Source: Lytechinus pictus (Eukaryota). Taken from it: 64,000 bases of DNA. Of this stretch, positions 37,686 to 51,591 are shown piece after piece. The notes below the pieces were generated by a model. The model made no database searches and had not been told where the DNA came from. It saw only the letters and a list, made by a program, of their open reading frames with translations. Location of the stretch: contig NC_087263.1 of NCBI RefSeq assembly GCF_037042905.1, positions 13,704,001-13,768,000 of the forward strand, in the 5' to 3' direction. The translations under genes were made by a program, and so were the position numbers. The first letter of the stretch is position 1, and each line of letters begins with the position of its first letter.

Positions 37686-39490
37686 AAATCGTGCAAGTGT
37701 CATAGCAGCATAAGATATAAGGTTTGTGTTACGGTTGCATTTAGGTTTATGGTTAGGTTTAAATCCAGGGTTGAAGTTGGTCATTCGATTAGTGTGTAAA
37801 ATGTACAGCGGAGCAAACGTCATAAATAAAATTCTTTCATCATGCTCTATCAAAATTATGGTCATGGAAGTACGGAAAATCACCACCAAGTATTGATAGC
37901 GTTACATTATATACCTCTAGGACATATAGAAAAACCAGGAAGTCTTTGGCGAAAATTCATGAATCAAAACAGCAGTTTCGTCCAGGACGTCCTAATCCAG
38001 TTAAACTCCCCGTTTATTTACATGGTCAAATGCCAATTCATCCAATTGCCAACTTTTCTATTTATTGGTCTACCATCAGTTCGTCCAATATCCACAAGGT
38101 CTAATTGCCATTTTGTCCACTCACCATCTAGTCTAATGACCAGTTGGTCCATAGTCATTTACTCCATATACCAATTGGTCTTATTATGCTTAGTGTTAAT
38201 TTGGCAAAGTGAACGAAAATAAAACGAATATTATACCAACTGGCTATGAGACGAAAAGGTCAAAGACGAACTGGTGATTAGATGAAGTGATGATTGGACC
38301 AAATGGTTGTTAGACGAAATGTTGATGGACGGAACGGCATTAGACTAAATGAATGTAGACCATGTGATGAGTGGGGGAGTTGGCAGTGGACGAATTTGCA
38401 GTTTACCGAACTTCCTAGACAACTGGATCACTGATGATGCAAATGGATATCAAAATCAGGGAAATTCACCATTATAGGTGATTAATAAATGTAACATTTC
38501 TAATGAAAGTACACACATAGCATAATTTTTAAAAGAAATGAATCCATGGACCTGATAAATTAAGCGGGGGTGCTGCGTGTATTATTTTCCATAGGCAGCA
38601 CACCCTGGACTTCTGGTTGGCGTGTCACATAAGAGAAATGCATGGAAAATGACCAACATATTGTGTTGAAACCCTTTTTTTTTTGGCTTATCAAATTTCT
38701 TGGTACCAAAACGACCTTCATTTTGTAGTGAAACCTTTTTTTTTTGCTTGTCAATTTACATAGGCGGATCTAGGGGGCCCAAGGGGTCCGGGAATCCCTA
38801 TCGGCGGAGCAAAAAAAAAGGGGGGGAGGCATTTAAAAAAGAAAAAGAAGGGAAAAGAGATGACAAAATCAGAAGATGAAGAAGAGTGAATAAAATAAGG
38901 TGAGGGGACGACTTGGAAAATAAAATGAAATAAACCTTTCATGTCACTATATAAAGTTTTCGCTCGCAGAGCCCTGAATTAATCGTATCATTCCTTGCTC
39001 GTCTCGCTCTCTCGCATTTTACGTAGACAAATAGCTTGATATAAACATTTATGGATGCATCAAGGGCGTGGGCTGGGGGTGCCATCACTAAAAACCTATG
39101 TAATATATATACACGATATATACGTGCAGGTATATACTTTATAGTGAATTAATTCTGTCCAAACTTAGCTACAACAACGGGTTATTATAATGTAATTTCT
39201 TAATAATCAATTGGCCAACGATCTATTTTTCATTCGGGTAATATATACCATTATATTACAATAGTATTTACGATTCTAGTTATGATCTGGGTATAGGGCA
39301 CTCTTTCTGCTTAATAACTGACACATTTAACTGTATTTATAATCAGGCCTATTGTCAGCGAAATAGTATTCAAAATATTCATTACCGATTTTGAAATGTC
39401 AGCTATACCAATTTAAGCTAGCAATAAGATGGTATTTCAATACAAGAAGACAAATCGTAAATGAATACTTTAAATACATTTATGGCAAAC

Positions 39491-40394
39491 CTTTCTTGCT
39501 CTCAGTTCCGATTTCCTTTGTTGTCTTTTTTACGTCTTTCTTTACAACAACACTCTCAGTCGCAGCTGATGTCTGTACCGATGCAGTTATGTTACTAGTT
39601 CCAGGATCACTTGGCCGGTCGACACCGGAAGACAGAGACTGCGCGATCCCGGTTGCAAGCCTCATCTTCTTTCGCCCTTTGTAGAATTTTCTTATGACGG
39701 CGTAAATTTTGGCACAAAAGGCAGTGGTTAGGATAAAGGGGACGAATAAGTAAACGATGGGCAGGGCAAAGCTTGCAATGACACTCTGGAAGAACAAAGG
39801 TTCGCAGACATCTTCAGGAAAGGGCCTTTTGTCATTGCCGCTGATGATCTGCCAGAGAGTCGTCGCAGGTAACCAGACGATGAACGGGAGAATGTAACCG
39901 ATGGCGATGATTAGGACTGCACGGGACCGTCGTCGCCAGTGTTGACGATATCGAAAGGGGTCCGATACAGCAACGCAACGATCGAGGCTGATGAGGGTTA
40001 CGAGTACGATGCTCGTATGTGTGAAAGCGTGGTCGAGGAAGGTAAAGATGTCGCAGAAGACGGCACTGAAGGGCCATCGTCCCGTGATGATGACGATGGC
40101 GAACAGAGGCATGTCGACTGCACCGACTAACAGGTCGGCGATGGCCAGACCCAAAATGAAATAGTTGTTGTAAGTGCGGAGTTTGGTTGTCGTGCAGAAC
40201 GCGATGACGACGAAGAGATTCCCGACGACGGTCATGAAGATGATCACAGCTATGACCAAGGATAATACAACGACTACGTCCGGAGAATAAGGACTCGACA
40301 GGACGATGTCCTCACCGTCTCCTGCTAACGTGACCAGGGTAACGACATCAGTCAGGATTTCAGACGCCACCGTTGTGCCGACAAGGCCAGACAT
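39491..40394 (-). CDS. GPCR exon 1 (N-terminus to ICL3); muscarinic/histamine-like class A receptor
   Basis: GNLFV, LAIADLLVG, WPF...C, TM3 Asp (FLDH), SLDRC, TM4 and TM5; AAAG|GTTTGC phase-1 donor. Spliced total 1161 nt, 386 aa. Confidence 0.92.
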
Positions 40395-41817
40395 ATTGCA
40401 ATAGTTTTCACTGCAGTTCTTGATGGAAAATCAGCAAAATATACTTCTTGCATCAATTCCACCTCTCCACATGAACAGCATTTCACTCAACGTTAAAAAA
40501 TCTTCAATCCCTATATATACATATCCTTTCCGAGATGGATATTGCGGAGGACAAGTTTGCGCATGCTCAGTTTTAAATTCAATTTCATTCTTGTGTTGAC
40601 CTATACTGTCTTGCATAATTATAACTAGCATAAGCAATTTCGCTGGTATCATGCACGTTCTAGTAAACTGAGTAAACTTGCAATTGTGAGTAACCTCTTA
40701 GGCATTCAGAATCGTCATTTTCTTCTTCTCCCTCTCTTTCTCTATTTTACATTTTCAATTTCCGAAATCTTTTATTTACAGGTGTATCCTAAATCTAATC
40801 GTGAAATATACCCATCATCGTTTCACTTTAACGATTTTTACGATCGTACTTTAAGAAGTACAATAGGGAATCATTAATCAATATTTTTTTTTTTTTTTTT
40901 TTCTTTAATAACTTGTTTTTATATTAAATGATAATCTTTGAAAAAGCATGCAGAAATTTTTACTCATCGCCCTGGCTGATTTTGTTTTTGTTTTGTTTTG
41001 TTTTTGTTTTTCCTATGACAAAGAAACATCGGGAAAATTATATAATGCGTTATTCCAATGTTTGGGATTTTCAAATTGACTGCATGTGAAATTTCAGGGG
41101 TCCTAACAGCTATAACATTGCACACTTTTTTTTCCAATATGATGAAACTTCATTTCCATTTCATTTATTTTTCCTCTGTTTTTAAATGTTAAGAATTGTT
41201 TTTGTGCGGAGAGGGAATTCCCTTATGATATCACATTTCAAAGAACATCTTAATTTTTGCTCAGCGTATTCTGTTCATTAAATTATGCGACCGAAGTCAT
41301 ACCACGGACTCTTGCGAAAACTTTTGAAATGTATTTTCTTATAAAGTTTTTTTTTGTATTTTAGGTATAAATGTATATATTGTGATAATGAATGAAATTT
41401 AAACATGACTACTACAGCTACGCCTGTTTTTCATATGTAATTATCATTTTGTACATGTATGTTTTTCATTAAAGAATTGAATTTGCACTCATTGGTCAGT
41501 AGTTGATGCACGTGTCCAACGGTCTTCTGATGATTGTAAAAATTAACATTGTTGTACGAATGGTTATATTCATGAAGAAAATACATTCATAATTATTCTG
41601 TTAGACAGCAGAAACGTTTAATCGTAAGCAAATTTCACTGTTTGTTTCACGTTTGCTACGAACCGGATAAAAACGTCCGCGATATTTGAATGTGCATGTG
41701 TACTTTCAAAGTCTGTGTTTTTTTTTTTGTTTGGTTGGTTGGTTTGTTTGTTTGATGGGAATTTTTTTTTTTTTTTTTTTGGGGGGGGGGTGAATATTGA
41801 TGATGGTTATGGGCGTA

Positions 41818-42060
41818 CACTGCAAAAACACTCGTGTTATTCTAACACCAGTCCGGTATCTACATCGGAAAACACCGGGGAAGTGTTGAAAATACATCAT
41901 TTATGAATCAAACCGATGTTGTTTTAACATTGATTGGTGTTGCTTAAATGCCTATCCGGTGTTAGCCTTACGCCAAACCCGTGTTGTTTCAACATCTTTC
42001 TGGTGTTTTCCGATAAAGATACTGGACTGGTGTTGAATTAGCACTAGTGTTTTTGCAGTG
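41818..42060. mobile_element. CACTG-terminal MITE, TA TSD
   Basis: TA-CACTGCAAAAACACT...AGTGTTTTTGCAGTG-TA. Confidence 0.8.
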
Positions 42061-42494
42061 TAGTGATGGAGACTGCGCACTGACAAGCAGCAATTGTGGT
42101 AACGGTTGTTGATGGCGGTGGTGATGATGGTGAAAGTAGTGGGCGTTGTGCTTATTTTTGTCATGATTCGCAATCACAGTACTTCGTATGGTCAATTGTC
42201 TGGGAATGATAACTGAAGTATTTATCTTCATTATGAAAGCAAAATGACACAAAATAGTAAACATAGGAAATATACAATATAAACAGAATTTTTGAACTTT
42301 TGGCTCCCCCTAATTTTAGCACAGAGTTAGACCGTGGTCTAAGTTAAACCTGAGTTCAGAATATGGGCCATAGTCTCAAGTGGAAGAAGATAATATCGAT
42401 ATTCCAGTTATGAAATTTGTTATTGGAATAGATAGCAGTAAAAGCCTATCGTAATTTGCTCGTGAAAATCATAATTTGGAAGCTCCAATTTCCA

Positions 42495-43105
42495 TTAAAG
42501 GGATGCTCTGGGCTGGAAATAATATGATTTAAACAGATAAAGAAAAATCAGACAAACAAAATTTGATCGAAATCGGACAAAAAATAACAAAGTTATATGG
42601 CATTTTAAAGATTTGCATTATTCCCGTGAAACAGTTCCATGCATGTCTTCATGAATATTCAATGAGCAAATTGATGATGTCATATCTCCACTTGTTCTTT
42701 TGTATTTTATCATATGAAATAAGGTTTATTCAAAAAGAATTCTACCAAGAAATGAAAAGATTTGGATTGACAACCGATTTAGTGCATTAGTCATTAATTG
42801 CTGCAACTTATTTCATTATTAAATAGAGGAGACACATTATTCACACATGTAAGAAAAATGAAACAATTATGATTTCATGTAATAACATAAGAAAAGGGTA
42901 AGTGCATGGGGATATGACATCATCAGTCCACCTAATGAATATTCATTATGACGTGCATATACCTATTTTCACAATATAATGCTAAACTTTAATATTCAAT
43001 AACTTCGCTATTATCAGACTTTGATGAAATTTCCAGAATTTTGCTTCGTGAATTTTACTCTATTTATTTAGATATGAATATTTTCAGCCCGGAGTACCCC
43101 TTTAA
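42495..43105. mobile_element. TTAA MITE (Kolobok-like), complete
   Basis: TTAAAGGGATGCTCTGGGCTG...CAGCCCGGAGTACCCCTTTAA. Confidence 0.8.
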
Positions 43106-44176
43106 TTATTGTTCTAACTCAGCCATGCGTGAATTATGAAAATTGAGATGGATCTCAAATGAAAGAAGAGAAGTATATCTTTCTATTCGTGTCATTTCAT
43201 GAAGCAAATTTTAGATCATGATCGGGAAAAAATTACATTGAATTCCGTTTTCCTTTTTTCTGGGATTCACTGTATATTACTATTTCTCTACGCCTTAAGC
43301 TCATGACTTGCTTTAAAAATGAAAAGAGTGTTTTAAATGACAGAATTTAAACCATTTCCACAGTAAATTAGATCATCCAAATCCAATTTCTTTATTTCCT
43401 GCAATTATTATGTTTTAGGCCTACAGCTTTTCCCGGTATATATAGGGCGGTAGTCTGCAGCCTAGAATGGTCCTAACCCGGGACTTGGCTGTGGCAACCG
43501 TTAGTTAGCTATACTGGGAAACTAAGAAAAGCTCCATAAAATGAAAATAAAATGATCAGTTCATGCTCCTAAATGGGACCTATCTGAAGCAGTAACAAAA
43601 ATTTTTGAGAAGTGTATCGTTGATTTTATTACCATTTGTCTTCATGATCTGACGTCGATTTTCGACCAAAATTACAGGTGCGTGCATGGTACCCTTTGAC
43701 CCAGGACAAAATTCCAATTGAATACCCATTGGATGTCCAACTTGAATACCAATTGAATACCCAATGGTTTCAATTTGGAGTAAATGGAAAATGAAAAAAA
43801 TAATTGGTCCCCTTTGAAATCGATTGACTATTGGTCCCTATTGGAATCACTGGAACTAAAACAGCCAATTGGTCTCAATTGGAAACCAAATGCTTAACCA
43901 ATTGAAAACAATCGCAGTCAATTATTGGTTTCAATTGGAAGTTCTAATTGGCACAAGCAAATTCAGTGGAACAATATTATCTCAGTCGAAAATTCCACCA
44001 ATATCTGCTAATGCTAATACAGAAACATTTTGTCTGTCTGCATAAATATCAATGTAAAGGGCAAACATAGTATGCTAATCATATTCCAACGGGTTAAGAG
44101 CAGCTGTTTGTGTTTTTTTATGGTTTGTACGTGTTCTACTTAATATAAACATTTAATCTATTGCAATTGAACTATT

Positions 44177-46601
44177 TAGTCAGGTCCAGATTTTCAAAAA
44201 TGTGCTCAGAAAAAGATCTTTAGGCATTTTGTGTTAATGCTGATTTATCAATCGTTTTAAGGTAATTCAAGAGTGCTGAATCCAAAAATACTGTTTGTCA
44301 AACTTGATTCCGACGTTTTCATCGTCAAATTGGCAAAAAAACAAAATGGCGGCATTTTGAATGCGGTTTCCCCTATTAAACAATTTCTATAGGTGATTAT
44401 ATTTCAGAAATTTGGGTCGATGCTATATTTTTTATACCCAGGGTTGCAAACATAAAGCATCCGATTGATTGATTCGTCAGCCATCTTTAATTCCAAGATG
44501 GCTGCCGTGAATCACAACTGCTGATTGACAAATGATATATGGCCAAATGTTTGATAATTTTTGGGAGATGCTGGCAAAATCACATAACATTTACTCAATG
44601 TTCGCCGATTTTTCCTTGCCTGCATAGCAGAAGCAAGATATGGACGTCGCCTATCGGACGGCGGCAATGACTTTAGCGGCGGCGAAGTCAACATCAAATC
44701 TTAACCGAGGTTAAGTTTTTGAAATGACATAACTTTTAGGGTATAAGTATCTATTCATGAAACTTAGGGTTAAACAAAATCTATTGAGACAGATTATAGC
44801 TTTAAAAAATGTTGTCCTGGGTACCTGGAAATCCAAGATGGCGTCCAAAACGGCAGTCGTTGTACGATCAACTCCAAATATTAAAATAATATATTGCTTG
44901 CTGCAGCGTCAACAAATTAGTTTATATTATAAAGCTTTCAAGGCAAAAATGTATCAGGACATGTTTACAAGATAGTCAGTGAGTGCGTCAGAGAATCCAA
45001 GATTACCTTCCAAAATGGCGTCAATAAAGGACATTGTAACTTTTAAAAAGTCCAAATTGATATAATATTCACCTGGTAAACAATTTGGAGACTCTATCAA
45101 AAAGAAAAAAAAATAATGGTTCCAAGGGAAAAATTATATACATTGGAAAAGTTTCAAGATTTGTCAGTGGTGCAGATTGTCAAAAAATGCATGATGACTT
45201 CAAAAATGGTTGCTGTTTCTTTAAAAAAATGAATGCAAAGTGCAAATGCTGTCTACCTACCATTTTTGTATCTTTCCCAAGATTTCAAGGGTCAAATAAA
45301 TAGGTTAAGACGTATTGCAGGGATACGCTGTTGTCCAAAAATTGAAGAAGGCTCGCATAATTGCATTCAGATTGGCCACCATTGATACAAAAATGGAAAT
45401 ACTTCATAATTTATATTATCCCATGTAGAACCATTATTTTGGTGTCTCTGCTATGTTTTTAAGGCTCTTAAAATAAGTGTAACAAGGTACAAAATTAGGC
45501 GGTGGTGTAAAAACCTGAAAAAAAAATAACTTTAAAGATGGGGTACACTAATACCTGAAAAGTACCGTTAAAAAGCTGATAAGTACTTTAAGACACATCA
45601 TTTTAGTGCTTATAACTATTCTAAGGTTTCATGCGTAGGGAACAACAGCCATTTTATGCAATTTTAGAAGTCACTTTGGATTTCTATTTTTGAAAAAAAA
45701 AACCACAATAGCGTAGACACCAAATATTTTTTTTTTCACATAGCTATGACTATTTTTAACCTAATAGGACTCATTTTCGACGCATTTTTTTTAATCCAAC
45801 TTTGAGGTTTTAGGCGAAATGGACTGCTTCATGCCATTGTCACTAATCCAAAAGTATTATTTAACCTTTTTTTATTGAAACCATAAGGTAGACACCAAAA
45901 TTATATCTCCCGGGTTGATTCTAAATGAACTATGCCCAATATTATGTAACAGCAGCCATCTTTGACTCCTTTTTCTGAAGCAATCTTGGATTTTTGGACA
46001 TACAGGACCACTGACTGTCCTTGTAACTTATCCTATAGTGTACATTGATGTATTGCTTGAAGCTTTAAACAAAGGGTTAGACAACATAATCATATACCCC
46101 AGGCAGATATTAAACAATCTATGTCAGTTTTTAGATAACAACATCCATTTTAGGCTCGGATTTTGAAAACCATCTTGGATTTTTGGACATAGTGGATCGC
46201 TGGCTCTCCTTGTAACTTGCCCCAATTTACTACTCGACCCTTAAAACCACCATTGAATAAAACCCAAATTAAAGACACTAAATTAGGTAATAGATAAATT
46301 GTGAAATTTTAGGCTATGGCAGCCATTTTGGACGCCATATTGGATTTCCAGGTACCCTGGCGTGCTTATGTTCACTCTACCTGTATCGGTCAAGTTTTTT
46401 GGGGTCAAAATGGAACAAAAAGTGTGTAGAATGGCAGCCATATTTGTTTTTGCCATTTTGAGGATTTTAACATTAAATTCAAGGTTGGCAAACAACATAT
46501 TCGGACTCAGCGCCATCGAATTATGTTTAAAACACTTCTTTATTCAGCATTAACACGATTTGCCTAAGGCAGTCTACTTATCTCAAATCTGGACCTGACT
46601 A
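44177..46601. mobile_element. 2.4 kb non-autonomous TIR element with TAGTC termini
   Basis: TAGTCAGGTCCAGATTT / AAATCTGGACCTGACTA, with many AAAATGGCG/CAAGATGG motifs inverted between the arms. Confidence 0.75.
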
Positions 46602-47233
46602 TAATTTATAATTTATGGGTAGGCCTATTTTATTCTTTGTTACTCATTCTTTATTTTTTTTCTTAAAATAATGTATAAATAGAAAATGGTAAATGATTAA
46701 TAAATACAAAGCAAAGACAATAAAATGTGTGTCTGTTTGTTAATCTATCTCTGTCTGTCTGCCTCCCTCCCAGTCACACACACTCTCTCTCCCTCTCGAT
46801 CGGTCAGCCTATTTCTTCACTCTCTCCCCAATCCTCTAATATGTCTCTGTATTTTTTTTTAATTCGGGTCCCCCATTTAATTCTAATGAGGCCAATCAGC
46901 CCAATTGAGACCAATGACCCTATAACTGGTATTTTATTTTGACCTATTGGACCTATTGAAAGCCATTGATACCAAATGAATCCAAATTGAAACAAATTGA
47001 GGTGTTTGAAGTCAATTTTATCTATGATTCATGCCAAAAACAGTAAACAATGGTTATTGTATGTTATGTTATGAAAGAAAAATATATGAATTATATGAAT
47101 GCATGCAGAAGAGAACATTAAATCAAATAAATCAAATCAACATTCTCCCCCCCCAAAAAAAAAAAAAAAAAATAACCTCGAGCTTTGCGCTTGCATTTTT
47201 TTTTGAAAATTAGACTTATTCATTTGATTTGAT

Positions 47234-48890
47234 TTGATTTACATTAATGACATCATCAATTCGTCTCAATTATTTACCTATTCCCTTTTTGCTGACGATA
47301 CCTGTTTATTATATTCTCACAAGAATATTCATACTCTAATGCAGTCAGTTAATTCTAAAATTTGTAAACTCTATGCATGGTTTTGTAGTAACAAACTGTT
47401 ATTAAATACAGGTAAAACACAATGTGTATTATTTAGGTCTAGAGGGAGGGTAATCCCTGATGATGTTCATCACTTAGTTGTTGGTAATCAACAGATCAAT
47501 TGCAGTCAACATGTGCAATTTCTCGGTGTTAGGGTTGATGACTATGAATCTTGGAAAAATCACCTTGATAATGTATGTACTAAAGTTTCTCGTTGTGTTG
47601 GAGTGATATCCAAACTTCGTTATTTCCTCCCCCAGCAGACCCTAGTTACTTTATATAATGCTATGTCGTGCCTCATTTGACGTACTGCAATATTGCTTGG
47701 GGGCACACATATAGGACTCATATACATAAATTGCAAGTTCTTCAAAGAAAAGTTGTTAGATATATAACATATTCGGATTATAGGTCACCAAGTACTCCTT
47801 TGTTTTTACAACTGCACATTTTACCTTTTGATGAATTGGTCTCTCTCTTAACTGTGTAACATTTATGTTTAAGTGTCAATCAGGCCAGAATGCATTTTTG
47901 TCTCATGTGTTTGTGGAAAATTCTTCCATCCATCATTATCATACTCGTCAAAGAAACCTTCTCCATCAGCCATTAGCAAGAACCCAAACTGCTTTGAATT
48001 CATTTAGAATAGTTTGTGTTAAAGAATGGAATAAGTTACCTCATGACGTTAGAAATAGCTTGGCTCTGTCTCGATTTCAAATATTGTGTAAAAAAACACC
48101 TTTTCGATAGATTGCGGTCGGGTGTGAGTGTATAAATCATGAAGCAGATTGCAATGAGTGAGGTCTCCATGTGTGTGTGTGTGTGTGTGTGTGCGCGTTA
48201 GTGTGAGGTGCCGTGGCCGAGTGTACGTCTAAGGCGCCTGGCTATACAGGGAAAGTCCGGGGTTCGATCCCCGGCCGCGGCACCAATGCCCGTGAGCAAG
48301 GCATTTAATCTACAGTGCTCTTTTATCCTGCTTTCAAATAAATGGAAATGCTATATGCATTATTGGTGACTAGGTGTGCACTTGTTTGTTTAAAAAAAAA
48401 AAGTTAGTACGCTTGTGTATAGGGGGGGGGGGGTTACATGTGTGCATTTATTATTAGAGGTTTTCTATACAGGGGTCAAAAAGGGTGGTGTTTCGGTTTC
48501 CTTAGGGCTCCTGTTCATTTGATGCGGAGTCTTTTCCTGAGCATTTTTTTATGCATTCACAAATTTGGACCGATTTCAATGAATGAGGTTGTAGGATCCT
48601 CCGGGGAATGTCCTGGCCCTGCTTCGTTTAAGCTGTTACCCTGGGCAAGCAGAAACATCACCATTTTATAAACTACCCCTTTTATTATACTGTTAAATTA
48701 TTTGTTTATAAGTTATACTCATTGTAAATATGTTAATTTTGTTATATACCACTATTTTAAGGGGCTCCGCCAACAAGCTGTGCTTCACTGGGGTCCCAAA
48801 CCTATCATTCCGAGTCCTATGATGTTGTGCTTTGTGCCACGTATGTTTGCGTTTGATATGGTTTGAATAAAAATACTATACTATACTATA
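47234..48890 (+). mobile_element. 5'-truncated CR1/L2-group LINE (RT C-half, 3' UTR, (CTATA)n tail)
   Basis: IYINDI...LFADDT...FLGV...YCNIAWG...KEWNKLP with frameshifts; AATAAA plus tandem tail at about 48866-48890. Confidence 0.9.
48203..48402 (+). mobile_element. tRNA-derived SINE inserted in the LINE 3' UTR
   Basis: GGTGCCGTGGCCGAG...GGTTCGATCCCCGGCCGCGGCACCA, body, poly(A); GTTAGT on both sides (48197, 48403). Confidence 0.75.
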
Positions 48891-49140
48891 CCAGTTAATG
48901 ATTGCAAAAATGTGTTTAAGATTTCCCGTTTGATCAGTTTAGTAGGCCTACGTCAAAGGAATTAATTTAGCACTTCGCGGTTATATTGCCCTTTTGATTA
49001 GTGAAAAAAAAACATTAACAGTCAAGGGCCCTGTTGCATAAAAAATTATGTCATAATGACATCAATACATAAATTTTTATGCAACAGGGCCAAGAAATAA
49101 TTTCTTATATGACAAATTGTATAGTACTGCATAATTAGTT

Positions 49141-50381
49141 CCCACTGGGCAATTTGTTACCGATTACCAATTTTACCGGTTATTACCGGTAATATCACCC
49201 GGAAATTTGAGTAACACCAAATATTACCGTTATTACCATGTTATTACCGAAATTATAATTCCTGTTGATACCTGTTACTGTTATCACCCTGATGAAACCT
49301 ACATTTACCTAGTTACAACAGGGTGATGAGGGGTAATAAGGGTAATGTTGAATGACTTTGATTGGTTATAACATTGCAAACTTTAGTAATAAGAGCAATC
49401 TTACAGCAATCCCAGCGAAATTTTCAAAGTCCAAAAAATTACTGTTATCACCCTGATGAAACCAACATTTTACCCAGTTACAAACAGGTTGATAAGGGGT
49501 AATGGGTAATGTTGAAACGCTTCCATTCCCAGACAGCAAAGTATCTGGATCACATACGGTTCTTATCTGGGATATCTGGGTCCCATATGGGCCCACATGG
49601 AACCCAGATGAAAACATATACTTGAACCCACATGGTGCCCAGATAGGACTCAGATGGAAACGAGACCTCCAACCCATGCGGAACCCATTAATATTGGGTA
49701 AATGGAGTAATATCAGATGGTAATATCAGGAAAATGCTGGGAATATTAGTTACTCATGAATATTCATTACTACAATAAATGGCCAAAATTTTAGCTAATA
49801 TAGCTGTAATAATTAATGTGTTTATGTTTATGCAATTATTCCACCCAGAAATTTTTCAGAAAAATGTGTAGTTTATATATCATATTAGTCATAATCATGA
49901 CATTAATTTTAGAAAAATGTTTTAGGGTTGAATAATTGTTAACCATAATTTGTCAAGTGTTGTAAACTCGCTCAATATATAGAAGTAAATGACAGGGTTT
50001 GGTGGATAGGTGTAGGATAGGATTAGGATTAGGATGTAGGATTTTAGGATAGGATAAGATGATATGGCTTAGAGTATGGAGTTGTAAAAATGTGCTTCAA
50101 TGACCCTAATGACACTAATTGTTTTTTAATGAGCCGACATTAATTGGGTAATATTGGGTAAATGGAGTAATATCGGGCAGTAATATCATGAAAATAACTG
50201 GAAATATCGGTTACATCATACTGGGTAATATTGGGTAAATGGAGTAATATCGGGTCCGGGTAATAACGGGGAAAGATTGGTCTACTATTTCCCCGTTACT
50301 TACCCACTGGTGTTACCGTGGTAATTAACTACGTTATTACCTGTTACAACCCGGGTAATATCGGGTAAAATGCCCAGTGGG
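49141..50381. mobile_element. CCCACTGGG-terminal TIR element with a nested CCCAGACAGC fragment (about 49527-49690)
   Basis: CCCACTGGGCA / TGCCCAGTGGG, with TTACC/GGTAA subterminal repeats. Confidence 0.7.
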
Positions 50382-50563
50382 TCGACATTAAAACTTCTTA
50401 TTTTCCGGATTTTCTTAGAGATGAGAACCCCCCCTCCCCCCCCCCCCCCCCCCCCCCCCCGTGGATCCCCTGTGCAATCAACCTTGGATTAAAGTACCTA
50501 TATACCTCACCGGCCACAGCTTCCCCTGGGCTTGCTTCGCCTTCGGCACTTACAACTGAGTTA

Positions 50564-50582
50564 GGGCGCCATCTGTTGGCCA
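50564..50582 (-). promoter_or_regulatory. CTCF-like motif upstream of the zinc-finger gene
   Basis: TGGCCAACAGATGGCGCCC resembles the CTCF core consensus. Confidence 0.45.
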
Positions 50583-51591
50583 GCTGAATTGTCCAGGGAT
50601 TTCAATTGTTATGAATCTCTTCTTCACTCATTCATTCGGAACTGAAAAACTATAGCCCAGATTCTTTTTTATCCATGTAACCGTTAGGCTTGGATCTGTG
50701 AGTGAATGAATATTCATCGTATCGGGATTATCAAAGGCTTCCTTTCTAAGTTTTATTAATGACTTGGAAATCTTGAGTAAGTAAACTTAATAATAAATTA
50801 AGACATGGACATGGTCCCACCTGTGGGTTTCGGTGTTGGTTACTACTAGTACTTTGGTCCAAAGAGAGCTCATCGCCCATTTATAGGCAGATGCCTAGTC
50901 GATTCTAGGCCAAATATCTGATTCAGGGATGCAAAGTCTCGGGTAAAAGGTAGAGATACTAACAATTGGTCACGCCTGGACTGGTATCCAAACGTCAGTG
51001 GAATAGCATTTGACGGCATAAATGTAAACTAAAGCCTTCTTCGGCATAATTATTAGGCATGTTAGGCTTATTACGTCCTCTCCATTGAATTTGAAACTCT
51101 ATACCTACTAACCTTGGCGTTACTCTATTTTTATGATAACTGTCTGAGGTAGGATTTTTGCTACTCTGAGCCTGAGGATTGAATTGTTCACTAACAGTAA
51201 CAATACATTACATATTAAAGGGATTTACTAAATGTAACTAGATCATGATAGATCTAGTTCAACTAGTTTATTCGTAGAGCTTAATATAGTTCTGTGACAA
51301 AGAACTATAAGCTCTACGAATAAACTCACTCCTAGTACCAATGAGGTCCAAACATTACTAGTTTGTATTAATACTTTTATTATGTTTTTTCCCCCAGATT
51401 CAAAAGCTCAACGTGAAATCAAACCTAGGCTAGGGTTGGACGTTGTCGGGATCGTCTTGTTCTGCGAGAGTCCCAGTTAGGAAGTGAGATGTATACGCAG
51501 AGCTTCCAGTCTGGTTTTATCAAGACATGAATCATTTTCTGAAGCATACATTCAATGTGGACCCAGCTAGACAGCCAGAGATCCGAAAGGC

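Noticed and set aside
48207..48285. tRNA-like sequence ending in CCA
   Set aside because: Anticodon arm does not pair; it continues into a SINE body with poly(A) and a TSD.
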